A stretch of DNA of 64,000 nucleotides from Octopus vulgaris. Lineage: Eukaryota. This document shows positions 1 to 14,789 of the stretch, in pieces. Within the stretch, counting starts at the first letter, position 1. Each line of letters starts with the position of its first letter. Under the pieces are notes generated by a model, which saw only the letters and a list, made by a program, of their open reading frames with translations, had not been told where the DNA came from and ran no database searches. The position numbers and the translations under genes are program-made. The stretch lies in contig OX597817.1 of the NCBI GenBank assembly GCA_951406725.2, forward strand, positions 37,200,001 to 37,264,000. The letters run 5' to 3'.

Positions 1-220
1 GAGTTTTTGTAAGACTGCACATAAAGGATAAAAGAATGATCAATGTTTCGGCACTTCAAAAATGTTTAGGATCACATGAAGCATCAAACAATATTGATAT
101 AAACAGACTTAAATATGTATATTTAGATATTCATGCAAATAACCCTGAATATTAACGTCGATAAATGTTTCAGCACTTCAAAAATGTTTAGGATCACTGA
201 AGCAAACACATGTAAGGTGT

Positions 221-229
221 AGCAGTAGT

Positions 230-291
<62 letters not shown>

Positions 292-303
292 TAGTAGTAG
301 TAG
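221..303. repeat. (AGC)n/(AGT)n trinucleotide microsatellite
   Basis: Directly visible tandem AGC then AGT units. Confidence 0.95.
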
Positions 304-1188
304 AGTTTATGGGTAGTGTATATGCTTTTATGTGCAAAAGCGTGTACTCCTGTGTGTGTGTTTAAAGACTGGGTTCAAAATATATTTATTTCTTGCGTAA
401 ATGCTAATATAAATGAATGTTTGTATGATATATGGTGCAAACACACACATACTCACATACGCAAGTATATACACATATATTACATTGCTTACGTTTGGGC
501 TACCAAAGCCATTTTACGTAAATGACTTTATGAATTCTCACTAGCATTGTCCATGCTCTGCTTCTGTCTCAATTTGTGACCTGTAGTGATCTTCTCCCCC
601 TTTTTCTTTTGTTCTCAGTTAAGTAGACAGATTTTCATCTTCACCAGTTACCTTAGTTTATTCATTTCATCATTTGAAGAATTAGGTAGCCTTTGGACTG
701 AGACCGAGGAGCATGACTTAATCAATGCCGTCTACTCTTCATTATTTGTTTCATTTCTTTCACAAAATATCTAGGTTTGACACCCTATTTTCTTTCAAAG
801 TCTCAAAGACAATTGCTTCTTATTTGATTGCTATGCCGTGACTGTAAGCCATAGTTTAAAGCATATCCCAGTTTAATTCCTGTATGAATGTCCAAGTTTA
901 GTTCAAAGCATTTGAAATAGCATTGCTTTGTTTCAGTTCTGAAATGTTTCAGTCAATTTAGTTTCTTATTAACACCACGGTCTGTTACATCTGAGACATT
1001 TAGACTCGATATTTAATCACTTGTATCTCTAGTTCGTATCTATTCAATAACACATTCAAGCTATCAACTTCCCCAAAATTTATAATTTAGGTTTTGTTCA
1101 TGACTGGGTTAAATTCCACATATCTGCCTATTTCATCAAGCTTGTATACTGACCTTTACATGTTTGTTTCATTAATAGAAGATCAAAA

Positions 1189-1765
1189 AGGCGGCGAGCT
1201 GGTAGAAACGTTAGCACGCCGGGCGAATGCTTAGGGGTATTTCGTCTGCCGCTACGTTGTGAGTTCATATTACGCCGAGGTCAACTTTGCCTTTCATCCT
1301 TTCGGGATCGATTAAATAAGTAGCAGTTACGCACTGGGGTCGATATAATCGAATCAATCCGTTTTTCTGTCCTTGTTTGTCCTCTGTGTGTTTAGCCCCT
1401 TGTGGGTAGTAAAGAAATAGGTATTTCGTCTGCCGCTACGTTCTGAGTTCAAATTCCGCCGAGGTCGACTTTGCCTTTCATCCTTTCGGGGTCGATTAAA
1501 TAAGTATCTGTTACTCACTGGGGTCGATATAATCGACTTAATCCGTTTGTCTGTTCTTGTTTGTCCTCTCTGTGTTTAGCCCCTTGTGGGTAGTAAAGAA
1601 ATAGGTATTTCATGTCTTTACGTTCTGAATTCAAATTCCACCGAGGTCGAGTTTGCCCTTCATCTTTTCGGCGTCGAAAATTAAGTACCAATTGTGTACT
1701 GGGGTCAATCTAATCGACTGGCGCCTCCCAACAAATTTCGGGCTTTGTGCCTAGAGTGGGAAAGA
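1189..1765 (+). mobile_element. tRNA-derived SINE family A, trimeric copy
   Basis: Head aggcggcgagctggtagaaacgttagc. The body module (gaggtcgactttgcctttcatcctttcggggtcgattaaataagta...ctggggtcgat) occurs three times, with B-box-like gagttcaaattcc. Flanked by a degenerate direct repeat attaatagaagatcaaaa / attattagcagatcaaaa (TSD). Confidence 0.9.
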
Positions 1766-2599
1766 TTATTAGCAGATCAAAATTCTTAGCTTACCTATGA
1801 AATACTTTTCCATAATTCCATTATACTTCTTATTCTTCTAAGTTGTTACATTTCGGATATAGTTTACATAGCTGCAAACAAGAGTTGAACATATTACTGC
1901 ATTCATAATTTGAATTTTATTTTCCACTCAAAATAATATCCATAAACAAGTGCAATATTTAGAAAAAATAAATAAAAGAATTGTTCAAAGCAAAACTATA
2001 TGTAACCATCAATTTCTCCAAACTGTGTCATTACCAACACGACGTCTCATTTCGAAACCAACATTGAAGCAATATAACCAACGTACAGTCGAAAGTTAGA
2101 ATTTTTCTTTATAAAAACAGATTAGCAGACATTCCGTAACAAATACCTCCTACATCTGCATACAGGGGGCACTGAAATTCTTCATAGTCTAGAGGATGTT
2201 TGCATGCCTTTAGATGTAGCACAACTTGCTTAGGATGCATATATATGCATGCATGCCCACTCACATACACACACACACACACACACGCATATATATGCGT
2301 GAGTGTGCGTGACACGTGCATATGCATATATAAATATATATGCATACATGCACACTCATACATATACACACACACCCATACAGATATCTCTGTGCTTTTA
2401 AGCACTAAACATGTATGCAAGATGTTCTCTCTCAAGGCAAATACTGCATTTTTGCGGTTTTCCTACAATGCATCAACAGTAAGATATAATGATCAATAGT
2501 TGGTATTAATACTGCTTCCGTCCCTAATATATAAATTGTATGTAAAAACATATATGCCTCTTTTTCTCTGCGTGTGCATAAGGTGTATAAGTGTGTGTA

Positions 2600-2762
2600 C
2601 AAATATCACCTAGTAACTTAACAATTCGACAAAAGAGTCCAATAGGATACGTATCCGACTTTAAAAGATATAAACTCTGGGGTCGAATCGTTTGATAAAA
2701 ATTCTTCAATGCACTGCCCCAGCATGGCCTTAGACTGGTTACTGAGACAAGTAAAAGATAAA
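2600..2762 (+). mobile_element. Degenerate 3' half of SINE family B
   Basis: ctggggtcgaatcgtttga...ccccagcatggcc...actgagacaagtaaaagata matches the tail of the full copies at 19941, 29215 and 52293. Confidence 0.7.
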
Positions 2763-2788
2763 ATTTATATATATATATATGAGAGAGC

Positions 2789-2849
<61 letters not shown>

Positions 2850-4009
2850 TAGGCTATATATTTTAGTCTCATTATATTTCTAATATATTTTGATACTTTG
2901 ATAGGTTTCAGCCAGTATTGGCCCAGACCATGTCTAACTTTACAGCACCATCTTTATTTTAGGTTTCCTTTACTATTTGATCTAGTTAAGTATTTTGATA
3001 GCATCTGCTGAAATAATATACTTTCTATAAACATTATTCATAGAAAATAAGTCTCTTCTGTGACACTCGCAAACATTTAATATGATTGAACACGCCTATA
3101 TTTTATTCCCTTCTGTATAGAGCACTTTTAATTCATTAATTTCTGCTTCACAATGCTTTGAGTACAATAACAACAAATTTTCGTATAAGCTAGCAGTTCA
3201 GTGATAAAAAATTTCTGTACTAACTCTTTGTTCTTAGTGGATATGAAGGGTGATTTCGTATCCGTAGCTAACAGCAAGCAAGACGGAGAAAAAAATTTCC
3301 CCCCTACAACCTGAAGACGTCATTCATAGCCTGTCTATAAAGAGAATCCTCCTTGTTAAATATTGTTTACAAGGAGAATTTTTTTCCTGAGACAATTGCT
3401 GAAGCGTATGTCTTTCCATGCCCAAGTGTACACTAATACGTTAAATATAATTGTACATTCCTATGGTATTCAGACGCAAATGCATAAGTATATGCATGTG
3501 TATGTATGTATGCAGACATGTATAAGTGTAACACAGTTACAACTGAATGATGCCATCGGTATAGTTCCCCAATTTGTAACCTGTGTCGCTAGCGTTTCTC
3601 CACAAAGAAATCGTACTTCACGCGAGACAAATAAATAAATTTAAGCACGCTAAGAAGCATTTGGACATGCGGCATGTATTCGTAGTGACATCCCGTCGAT
3701 AGAGTCTGCCTAATCGAATGCTTCCAACGCTATTATTTCTGACGTATGGCTGTCAAAATCATATTTTATTATTTTTTAATATTTATTTTATATCTAAGTG
3801 ACTGGAATTCGATAAGCAAAAGTAAAGAAGAAACTATTTACTTCTTCATGACAGTCTCAAAAAGAAAGAGAAGTGATTCTTTTCCACTGAAGTCAATATC
3901 AAATATATTTTATATTTAATACTTCCTATTTTGTTTACCATTGCAGATATTTCCACGTAGCCGCTTTCTTTGTTAGACAGAATACGCAAATGTCCCTCCA
4001 GACATATGT

Positions 4010-4091
<82 letters not shown>

Positions 4092-5819
4092 CACAACGAG
4101 CCTTGCATATCAAATTTCACTCAAAAGGCTATCATCCACACAGGATTATTACAAAAGAGTCTTGCCTCAGTTGTACAACCGCTATGAAACTCGGAATGAT
4201 GCAGTCGTTTAAGTATACGACGACGCTTGCTTTTAGGATTTTTTAATATATTTATTCACACCTTTCCGTAATGTGTCCAATAAATTTCTACCTCTACGTG
4301 ATTTCACTCTTAATTTTCTAATATCTTACTCATCGCTTCCGAAAAGCGTGCTTTTTCACATATTTTTACTCCTCCCTTTTAATAATGTTCCTGCGTGTAA
4401 ATGTATGATTTATATGTGTAGGTTGGGTGCCTGTGTATGAACCTGTGTGACTATGTGAGCTCTTGCGGTTTGCATATCGGTAAGACATCACCAGAAGCAC
4501 ATAATTCTGTGCATACATATATTACGCCTGTGCATTTTAGTATATGGAATTAATATGTAGACATACACACAGACATTTATGTGTGCGTACAATGTTATCC
4601 AATAATATATAGATAATTGTGTGTGTGTATGTGTATACATGTGTATGCGTGTATGTATATATATATATATATATACATACATGTAGGTATGTATACGTAT
4701 GTACTTTGTTTTTGTGTCTTATATATTTTAATACTTTACTACTAGCCTCATTATTTTTTCTTAAATTCTGTTTTATGCTCTTTTGTTCAGAGAAAGGAAA
4801 CGTGTTTTTTTTTGCAGCTATTTTTGTTCTCTTTCTTAAAATTCAATTTTAAAAATTCAATTTCTCTTGTATATTCATTTGTTTTCTTTAAATCTATTTT
4901 TATTTTATTATCCGTTTTTCATTATTTTTTGAAAGATTTCTGGGAGAAATTGTATTTTTAATTTTCCTTTGTTTACGACCACTCGTATTTCATCTACTTC
5001 CTTTATATATTCATGTACGGCTGTAAAAGTATCTCTCTCACTTTCTGTCTCTCTCTCTCTCTTTCTCTCTCTCTCGATATATACATATATATGTATATGT
5101 GTGTATATATAAATATATATGTATACATGTTTATATGTGGATACATCTACACTTATATATACTCATACACACACACACACACATATATATGTATATAGAT
5201 ATATATGTGTACTCTCACACATAAGTACCTGAGTTGAGTATCTGCACTTATGTGTGTGTGCCTGTATCTGGGACAGAATGTATTTATGGATGTGTAGAAT
5301 TTTGATTCACGTGGGTATATCTACGCACATGTATTCGTACATAAAAATATTTTCTTTTCTCAACCAGCATCGGCGGAAATCAATGATCGAGGGAAACTGC
5401 AGTTACAAAACTTCAAAGCCTATGACATTTATAAAGCCAAACTATGTGAATAATTAAAAGGCAGAAATCTTAGATTCAAACTGACAACATGCGAACAAAG
5501 TGAAAGTAGTTTTAACTTCTGAAGACAGATCGTTAGTCTGCAGAAGATGAAAAGAAACTATTAAAATACAATAATTTTCAAATTCTTAATTGCATCAAAT
5601 TAGGTTATTTTTCAAAGAGTGAATTACAACACATATACGAAACATCATATGACAAGAAGGATATTTCGTAAACTACAACTCTTTTTACAGTATCTTAGAG
5701 TATATATATATATATATATAAAAACACATATATATATACATACACACATATATACATGTATATGAGTGTGCGTGTGCACATATCTATCTAAGTACACATG
5801 TAAATATATATATATATAT

Positions 5820-5858
<39 letters not shown>

Positions 5859-5861
5859 ATT

Positions 5862-5908
<47 letters not shown>

Positions 5909-5989
5909 ATTTATATATTTATATATATATATATATATACATGTGTATTATATATATATATATATATATATACATGTGTATTTGTGTAT

Positions 5990-6023
<34 letters not shown>

Positions 6024-6234
6024 GTGTATTTATATATTTACATATATATATATATGTAAATATACATGCATGTGTATATATTCATGAACGTATATATATA
6101 TGCATATATGTGTGATGTCTGCACATGTGTGTTTTTATATGTGTGTTGGATCTGCAAACGATAGAAAAAGTACTCATTATACAAAGCAGAGATTATTTAT
6201 TCAAAACTGAGCCTTCATTCTCTCTCTCACTCCC

Positions 6235-6292
<58 letters not shown>

Positions 6293-6405
6293 CTCTCCTT
6301 CGATTATCCTCATTGCTTTCCCCGTAATAACAGACATAGAATTGTACAGAAACAGGAGCGACAGACTAAATCTTCAATTTCGACTAAATAAATGGTCCTA
6401 TTTCA

Positions 6406-6464
<59 letters not shown>

Positions 6465-6532
6465 TTGGTGGTGTCTCAAACTGGTATTCTATAACTTCGA
6501 AATATATACGTGTGTGTGTATGTATGTGCGTG

Positions 6533-6563
<31 letters not shown>

Positions 6564-7189
6564 GAAGGTATATATATATACATATAGTTATGTATATATT
6601 TATATATATGTGTGTGCATGTATGTGTGCCTGTATGTATATGTAGGTGTTTCTGTGCTAACCGTAACACTACTCGTAAGAGCTGTCATTGTAACTCTAAA
6701 TGTAATCTATTAAACCGACACTTTTTTTTCTCTTTTTTTGCATATATGGTTCTCAATCATTATTTGCTGCAGTATTCTTTGACAAATTGTACAGAATGGC
6801 TCTACAAAATAATGCCTAAGCCACATTGTCCCCCCAGGAAAAATGTTCTTACTATATGTATTAATTCAGAAAATTATCTTGCTTATTCAGTTAAAACATC
6901 TAGACTAATTGCCACAGAACTCTGCGTTATTGGCAATTGCTGACATAAGCATCAGCTTCGCAGAAATGGCATTTCCCTCCTTTTATTTGTATTTTGTATT
7001 TTTTGGTGTTTTGTATTTTTTCTCCCCCACCTATAAATCAACCATCATTTCCAATTTTATATGGACTTTTAATACAGAATCTCATCCCATTTATAATTTT
7101 CGAGAAATTTTTCTTTGCCACAAAGTTTGTGATATCTCTAAGTTGGATTTCTTAAAGATATCTTTGTTATTGTTCGTCCCCGTATGAAC

Positions 7190-7350
7190 CCATATCGAAC
7201 AAACACATTAGCAAGACTTTCCAACCATGATCATCTCGTCTTTATCGGAATAGAATTGCTTGTGTGTCCTTTTCTTATTTACGGTGGTAGAGCTTAATAC
7301 GAAGGAAATTTAGCTGTTGTTTCTATCAGATTAAGATACAACGTGGAACA
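7190..7350 (+). mobile_element. Old dispersed repeat (family D, probable ancient SINE)
   Basis: ttccaaccatgatcatc and ggaaatttagctgttgtttcta resemble segments at 60655-60860 (+) and 45835-46015 (-). Confidence 0.4.
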
Positions 7351-7704
7351 TGGGTTCAAGACGTTTGAGTTAGTCGACCCTCATCACAATCCTACTGAAT
7401 CTACGAGTCCCAGTAGGATAGTAATATTATTCGCTACTTAACTTTCTGACCTGGGAAAGCTGCTAAATATTTTCTGCTACGTCGATGCGTTATGTCGCAG
7501 TAAAAGTACTCTTTTTGGCTGCTTTGACACGGCGTTATATTCGAGATTACACACTCATTAATTTTTAACCATTATATATCGTACTGATTCCGACTCGTAC
7601 ATTCTGCACACCCCTTCTCCAGAATTTATTCGGTCTCCTATTAAACCTCAGTTTTTGCTCTACTGTATATGGTGTTCCATTCCCTATGACAATATATATG
7701 ATCA

Positions 7705-8100
7705 TTAAGGCGGCGAGCTGGCAGAAACGTTAGCACGTCGGCCGAAATGCTTAGCGGTATTTCGTATGCCGTTACGTTCTGAGTTCAAATTCGGCCGAGG
7801 TCGACTTTGCCTTTCATCCTTTTGGAGTCGATAAATTAAGTACCAGTTACGCACTGGGGTCGATGTAATCGACTTAATACCTATGTCTGTCCTTGTTTGT
7901 TCTCTCTGTGTTTAGTACCTTGTGGGCAGTAAAGAAATAGGTATTTCGTCTGTCTTTACTTTCTGAGTTTAAATTCCGCCGAGGTCGACTTTGCCTTTCA
8001 TCCTTTCAGGATAAATTAAGTGCCATTTGCGTACAGGGGTCGATCTTATCGACTGGGCCCCTTTCCCAAAATTTCGGGCCTTGTGCCTAGAGTAGAAAAG
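7705..8100 (+). mobile_element. SINE family A, dimeric copy with perfect 14-bp TSD
   Basis: Head aaggcggcgagctggcagaaacg and two body modules; TSD aatatatatgatca at 7691-7704 and 8101-8114. Confidence 0.92.
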
Positions 8101-8394
8101 AATATATATGATCACTTTAGTATTTCATATATATGTACACTTTAGTATTTCATATATTACCTAATATATTTCGCCATGAGTTAGTAGAAACATTTTTTTC
8201 TTTGTCTTCTTGGTAATCCATTGTCATATGTAGGGATAAAAGTCAAATTTATTCAAATTTAAGAAAAAACAAACGATAAACAAAAATGTTGTACAGGAAT
8301 AAAAGAGTAACGATGAAAAATGTTTTTCGTGTTAAAGCAAAAAAAGAGGAAAGGATTAAAATAAATGGGAAAAATGACTAAATTTATCTAACAG

Positions 8395-8429
<35 letters not shown>

Positions 8430-8435
8430 CGTACA

Positions 8436-8478
<43 letters not shown>

Positions 8479-8693
8479 CACAGTTTTCCAGACATGTCAA
8501 ATTGGATTTGATTACTATAAGTATCAGTCAATGTGTGTCTAACAATCGGTTTCTCTTTTCCTGATTTCAATATTCAAATAAGTAGCTTAGTTAGAGAATA
8601 TTACTTCCATATATATAACACCGTCTCTGGTTTTGAGTCAAAGACAAGATTTAAGATTACTTTTCCACAGAAGACGGAATACACACACACACA

Positions 8694-8793
<100 letters not shown>

Positions 8794-8909
8794 GAGGTAC
8801 CCAAACATATATCTTATATATTTTTTATGCATAATAAATTAACGTTAAACTGAAGAATTATTCAACACTTACTGTAGAACTCATACCAATAATGTTTTTA
8901 CGAGAAGTG

Positions 8910-8975
8910 GAGATGACAGTGACTTCGAATTTTCGGTAGGCTAGCGGGCCGAAACTTCGGAGTCACTGGCCTCTC
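8910..8975. repeat. Short foldback (hairpin) element, related to 38542-38670
   Basis: gagatgacagtgacttcgaattttcgg ... ccgaaacttcggagtcactggcctctc form inverted arms. Confidence 0.7.
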
Positions 8976-9414
8976 TTACCCCTCCACTTATAAAAGTATA
9001 TTTCATAACATATCGGAAATCCGCTATATAGGAAATCTACAATGGCTCCATACCTACCGTCTCGGCTATAACCTTGGAATCCTGGTAATCCGTTACAGCA
9101 CTTACCTAGCGTACTTAGTCATTTAGATCACCTGTAAACTAAACCCGTATACTTCGTGTCTGTGTGTGTGTGTGCATGTGTATGAAGAGAGGGGGTGGAG
9201 AGAAAGACGTATAAATAAGTATGTGTATGGGTGTGTGAGTGTGTGTGCGCGTGTGTGTGATAACAACACTGGAATCTCCCTCTGTTGCTTCCGAAGACGT
9301 AGAGGTGTCTCTACACGTACAAATCATCATACGATTTCTGTTTTTAATATGTACAACTGTTACTGCATGTGTTAAGTACTAGGTTCTTTTCTTTTTTATC
9401 ATCTTAACTATATA

Positions 9415-9459
9415 TAGAGATAGATGCATGGATAGATAGATAGATGGATATATATATAT

Positions 9460-9509
<50 letters not shown>

Positions 9510-9573
9510 GGATAGACAGATGGATAGTCAGATAGATAGACAGATGGATAGTCAGATAGATAGACAGACAGAC

Positions 9574-9655
<82 letters not shown>

Positions 9656-9678
9656 GCGAATGGTATTTATACGTGCTT

Positions 9679-9714
<36 letters not shown>

Positions 9715-9715
9715 G
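9415..9715. repeat. (GATA)n/(GACA)n microsatellite with local duplication of gataggcgaatggtatttatacgtgcttata
   Basis: Directly visible. Confidence 0.95.
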
Positions 9716-12700
9716 CGAATGGTATTTATACGTGCTTATATGTATGTGTATTATACATGTACTGTATATTGCATTATACATATTATACACACATATACGT
9801 GTGTGCTTACCCTTGTCATTATATGTGTTCGTGGTTGTGATTGTGTAAACGATTATGTGAGACTGTATATCCATTGTGAAACTATCCATTACGATCTATT
9901 GGAAAAGAAATGAAACCAGTAAAGGAAGCGTATATTTAAATTGATTTAGTTTTACTGGAGACATCTATCATAATAGTCACCATGCATAAGAAAATAAGTC
10001 AAGAAAATCTGTATTAGATTCATTGTATGCTAAATCCATAAGAAAATTAACTATATTTCTTGAGATAGCCTAAATCGAGCATAAATCGATTATAGGTTTT
10101 ATGCAGTGAATCTAGGTGAACAATATATATGCGAAAGCTACAATTGAAATAGATATTTATGAATTATGTTTGTTTGTGTGTGTGTGTGCTTCGGTATATC
10201 TATATCTTTAAAGGATCTCAAACTATAAAATTTCTTCGAGATTAATTGTCATAAATGTCCTCACAAGAAGCCGTTCGTTATATTTGTTGTTTCTCGCCAA
10301 TATATTTTCATTATTTTTCTGTTTATATAGTGAAATGCATTTGTTACACACGTTCCTGAAAGGTTCTGTTGGAGAGATTATCGTTGGGTTTAGGTATCAT
10401 TAATTTTTTTTTTTTTTTTTGCAATCTGTTTGGTTTATTGTTAAGACGTCATAGCAATATATACGACCAAATCTATGTTGCAATAAACACTTGGAGCACG
10501 TGAAGTAGGCAAATGGGGGGACTTTGTTAACAATGATGCATTTAATTTAGCCGAATATCCTGGTATACATAATCGAAGTGGATTTTGATATATTAGGAAC
10601 AAACAATAAATAACCAACAAAACCTTGCTGGTGCAAGAATTCGAGAAAAACCAAAGATAACTTACTTCCTAAGATAAAAATGAAGGGTTTAATGAACTTT
10701 GGAAAATAAAATAAATTTGCTTGTTCTGTAGAGAAGTTTAGTTCTGACATTACAAAAGTCTCTTCCGAAAATGTAAGAATTCCCTTTTCATGGGTGACAT
10801 ATCTCATTTTGGAAATTTCGCTGCATGAAACACATCGATGAATTATAAAGCTAATGAAGTGGTCCATTACATGTTCACAACGTCTCACACGTTTAACCAA
10901 AAATTAAATGTGACTAATATATTTAAGAACAGCTCCCGTTAGAATCGAAACTACATGCTATATTCGGTTCTGTTGTGTGGGCGCCCCCAGACGATGAAGT
11001 AGGCTAGCCCAATACGTAGATATAAGAGGGAGAAGTCTAGATGTCGAGTAGAGGTCATCCTAACGTGCAATATAACAGTGACGACGAGGATGAGATGCTC
11101 ACACAGCCACTGTGTAGTATTGCGATATAACAGGTTCATAAGCAGTCACCCCTATTCTTTTGTCATCTATGTTGTTTTGAAAAAAGCCATAATATTACAG
11201 ATTTAAAATGTTAAGGTTCCACTTGACAGCAACAGATTTAACACACGATACATCTGAAATGAGATTTGCTCTACAGTTCGTCTATTATATTGTTATCTCA
11301 CACAGAAGGACAATGAAACCTGTTATATTTCAATGCTTTTTCAGCTCAAAATCTCATGTCATTTTTGGCATTATATCAGCTTTACAGAAAACTTGCATCA
11401 CTAAATATCTTCTGTCTCTACTGCCTCAATAATTAATAAAAAGATTCATTAATTATTAAATCGGTTTGTTATCTTAATGATGTTTACTTGGTGCTTTTTA
11501 ATATTTTTTTGGCTTTTCCCGCATCGGCAGTCCACTTGGGAGTTCCAAGCAAGTGGCATCATATTAATTACATTAATTTTCATTTCTTGTTTCATTCTGC
11601 CACAATTATCATTAAATAATATATTTTCAGCATAAACATAAAATCTGTGAAATCTCCCGTGTGGCTTAAACAGTTTTTATCTCAATAAGTAAAATGATTT
11701 ATTTAATAATGTGGGAAACAGCGAATATAGGGCTTGCAACCATTAATTTGGAACAGAAGGAATGTTTACATCAAAATTTAAATCCATCCTATGTATATTT
11801 TTATTATTCCCGTCTCTAAGTCGATAAAATACACTTCAGATATAAACTGGCGTCGATTAAACCAGAATAACGCTCCATTTAAATGCTCATCTACATAGAA
11901 GAAAGAAAATCGATATTAAATATGTAATTCTGTTATTGGTGGAAGGAATATAGCTGGGGAGAATAAAAATATCACAGCACGAGATCGACAAACTACTAAA
12001 AACACTGAGGAAACAGATATCTGATTAAATCAAAATGAGAAAAGCTATTAAATTGAAGAAGCATAGCTTAATGCGTGATGAACTGCTTAAACTTACCGAC
12101 TTATAGTTTATTCAAGAAATTGCCAAATGTATATAACATCACACAAAAAGCAATCTGCACTAAGTATTAGCTGATACATGAAAAATGAGTCACCAGAAAA
12201 TTTCAATATTAAAAATAATAAATACCCAGCACATAAATAGCTCGATAATGCATACCCAGATCATTATTATTACTTCAATAATAAATATCCGTATAAGAAC
12301 CATACCATCTCTTAGCTTGAAGCAGTTATCAAATCAAATGCCACTATGTGTCTACCATACTGGAAGAGAATATCCCTGTTCAAAAGTAATGAGGCACATT
12401 GTATTTCATCACCGCATTTAATCTTACTTCGGAAAGACGATAGCAAATGAAATACATATTTAACTATCAACATATATATTGAAATTCTTATAAGCGAAAA
12501 AAGTAAGAGGGCTCTAAATGTGAGAATGAAGAAAAACTTGAATTAGAGGAAGAACATCTAAGTCAAAAAAGTGCTAGTATGTATGATAAAATAAAATAAA
12601 TCATATACCAATGTGGAATAAAATTACCATACATGACCATTTTTAAAAAGTCCAAGTAGAATTTATAGAGCATTTTGTCTATTTTGTAATGTTGGCTTGA

Positions 12701-13694
12701 CATTCAAATTATTTCTATGTTGTCGCTATGTATATAAACTGTATTTATGACATATTTACGTATGTTACAAATCTATAGAAACTCTGTTTTAAAATAGAAT
12801 TAATATTAATTTTGCGGTGTATAAACACAGGTAGGATTTCAAATATTAATCTACAAGTAATATATAAAATAAAGTTGCACAGAGGTTGTGTATACAAACA
12901 GGTATTCATACACATATAATACAGAATCCCACAAAACTACTAGATACCAATATCTAATCGTTATTCAAGCCTAATGGGTTTATCTACGAAGAAAAACAAG
13001 TAATATCAATGTAAGTAATCTCTACAGACCATGAATCTACAAACACTTACCACTTAGCTGGAATGAAAGATAACTCACTAACGATACTAAAACATATATG
13101 CATTACAAACAAGCGCACAAAATATGTATTCCCATCATCAGCTGTTAAACGGATATCATTGTGGTTTCGACACCTGGCAGTACCATTTTATTCGGTTGTG
13201 TCAACAGCGTTAAAAACACAAACGGTGCTAGGGAACCAATGGTAATCAACAGGGACAAAGTATTAACGCAAAGTGTTTTTATATAAAGATGCAACTATAT
13301 GTATTGTATTTTTCTTAATTAGTATAGACATTTGTGTGTGTATTTGTATATGTGGGTGTGTGTGCGCACACGTGTTGCCATTCAATTTCTCGGTCAACAG
13401 TACTGATTAACTTTCATACTATGAAATTTGCAATGATAAATCTTTTTGAATTATCATCTTTATTAGATCACCTTTAGAGACGGTGAAATTAAGAACTGTA
13501 ATAAAACAATGGCCAATTCGGAATTTTAATAAAGTTATTAGACTTTATATTGTATTCAAGATATTTGCTGCATTTATAATGACATACATATTTTATTATT
13601 GCAACTACCGTCAACGATATTCAAGTGACAATTTTCCTAGATGTAATGCTTGTCTTCTATTTATCATATTTATTCTTCTTCGGTCTAGCGCTTT

Positions 13695-13975
13695 TTTATA
13701 TCTCACTGACAACGTAATATATTTATTTGTAAAAAAATTAAATCTGAAATCTCAAAAGGATTTGTCAATTGTCTTTCGAGATGTTTATTGAAGAAATAAA
13801 CAATTATTAACTGTTTTCAAAATTCTAAACTTTCATTTCGTTATTTTGCTCCAGGACGGTTATATTTCGCTGACAGTTTATAGGCAACAAAATAATATAT
13901 TTATTTGTAAGTAAAACAAATCTGAAATCTCAAAAGGATTCTAACAATTGTTTTTCGAAATGAAATTATTAAGAA
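13695..13975. repeat. Diverged local tandem duplication (~100-bp unit)
   Basis: taatatatttatttgtaa...aaatctgaaatctcaaaaggatt...caattgt occurs at ~13715-13782 and ~13893-13962. Confidence 0.8.
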
Positions 13976-14264
13976 TTTTATAAATATTTACCTCAACATT
14001 TATGGCTATATTTTACTGTGTGCTACTTATTAATGTATTTTACAATCTGACATTCAACGTTTATTTAATACAAACCTTTATTTTGTGTTATTTTTTCGCT
14101 TACGATTAAATACCACTTTATTCTAACGCCGTGACGAGAAAAGTCATGAAGTCGTGTCATTTTTCTTTAGAAAATCATTATTAGCTTGAAATTTCCTTCT
14201 CAGTATGAATTATAAACTATTCGATAGATAACAAAAAGCAATGGAACACACACACAAGCATATA

Positions 14265-14320
<56 letters not shown>

Positions 14321-14625
14321 CTATGTGTTTCAATAGTTCATGTTTAGACCTAGTTTGTATAGATGCCAAGTGTCATTAGATTTTCTTGATCAAACAGAAT
14401 CATATGCGTAAGCAGCTTTTATTTTGTTAAAGCACAGCAATTTGTAACTGCCGTTTGGTGGGGATGAATGGCTCTAAGTTTACATTTGCAATTTGTAATA
14501 TACGGCCTATATATTTTCTACCTATTATGTCTATCTGATATTCATGAGAACACGCACGCACACACACACTCAGATCTGCAGTAAACTATGTATGTACTAA
14601 TACCGAAACAATCAGACACAAATTC

Positions 14626-14684
<59 letters not shown>

Positions 14685-14789
14685 TATGTGTGTTTATTGT
14701 AATTTACATACGCTTGTTATAGCTACATATATATATAATAATGTTAGTCATGGAAAAGCGCATATGTATATGTTCATATATTTATAAAT

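Noticed and set aside
42-207. ~45-bp repeat at 42-85 and 165-205
   Set aside because: A simple local duplication with no further structure.
9106-9131. Minus-strand 26-nt mini-exon with tttacag / gtaagt signals
   Set aside because: All frames contain stops and there is no partner exon; likely chance.
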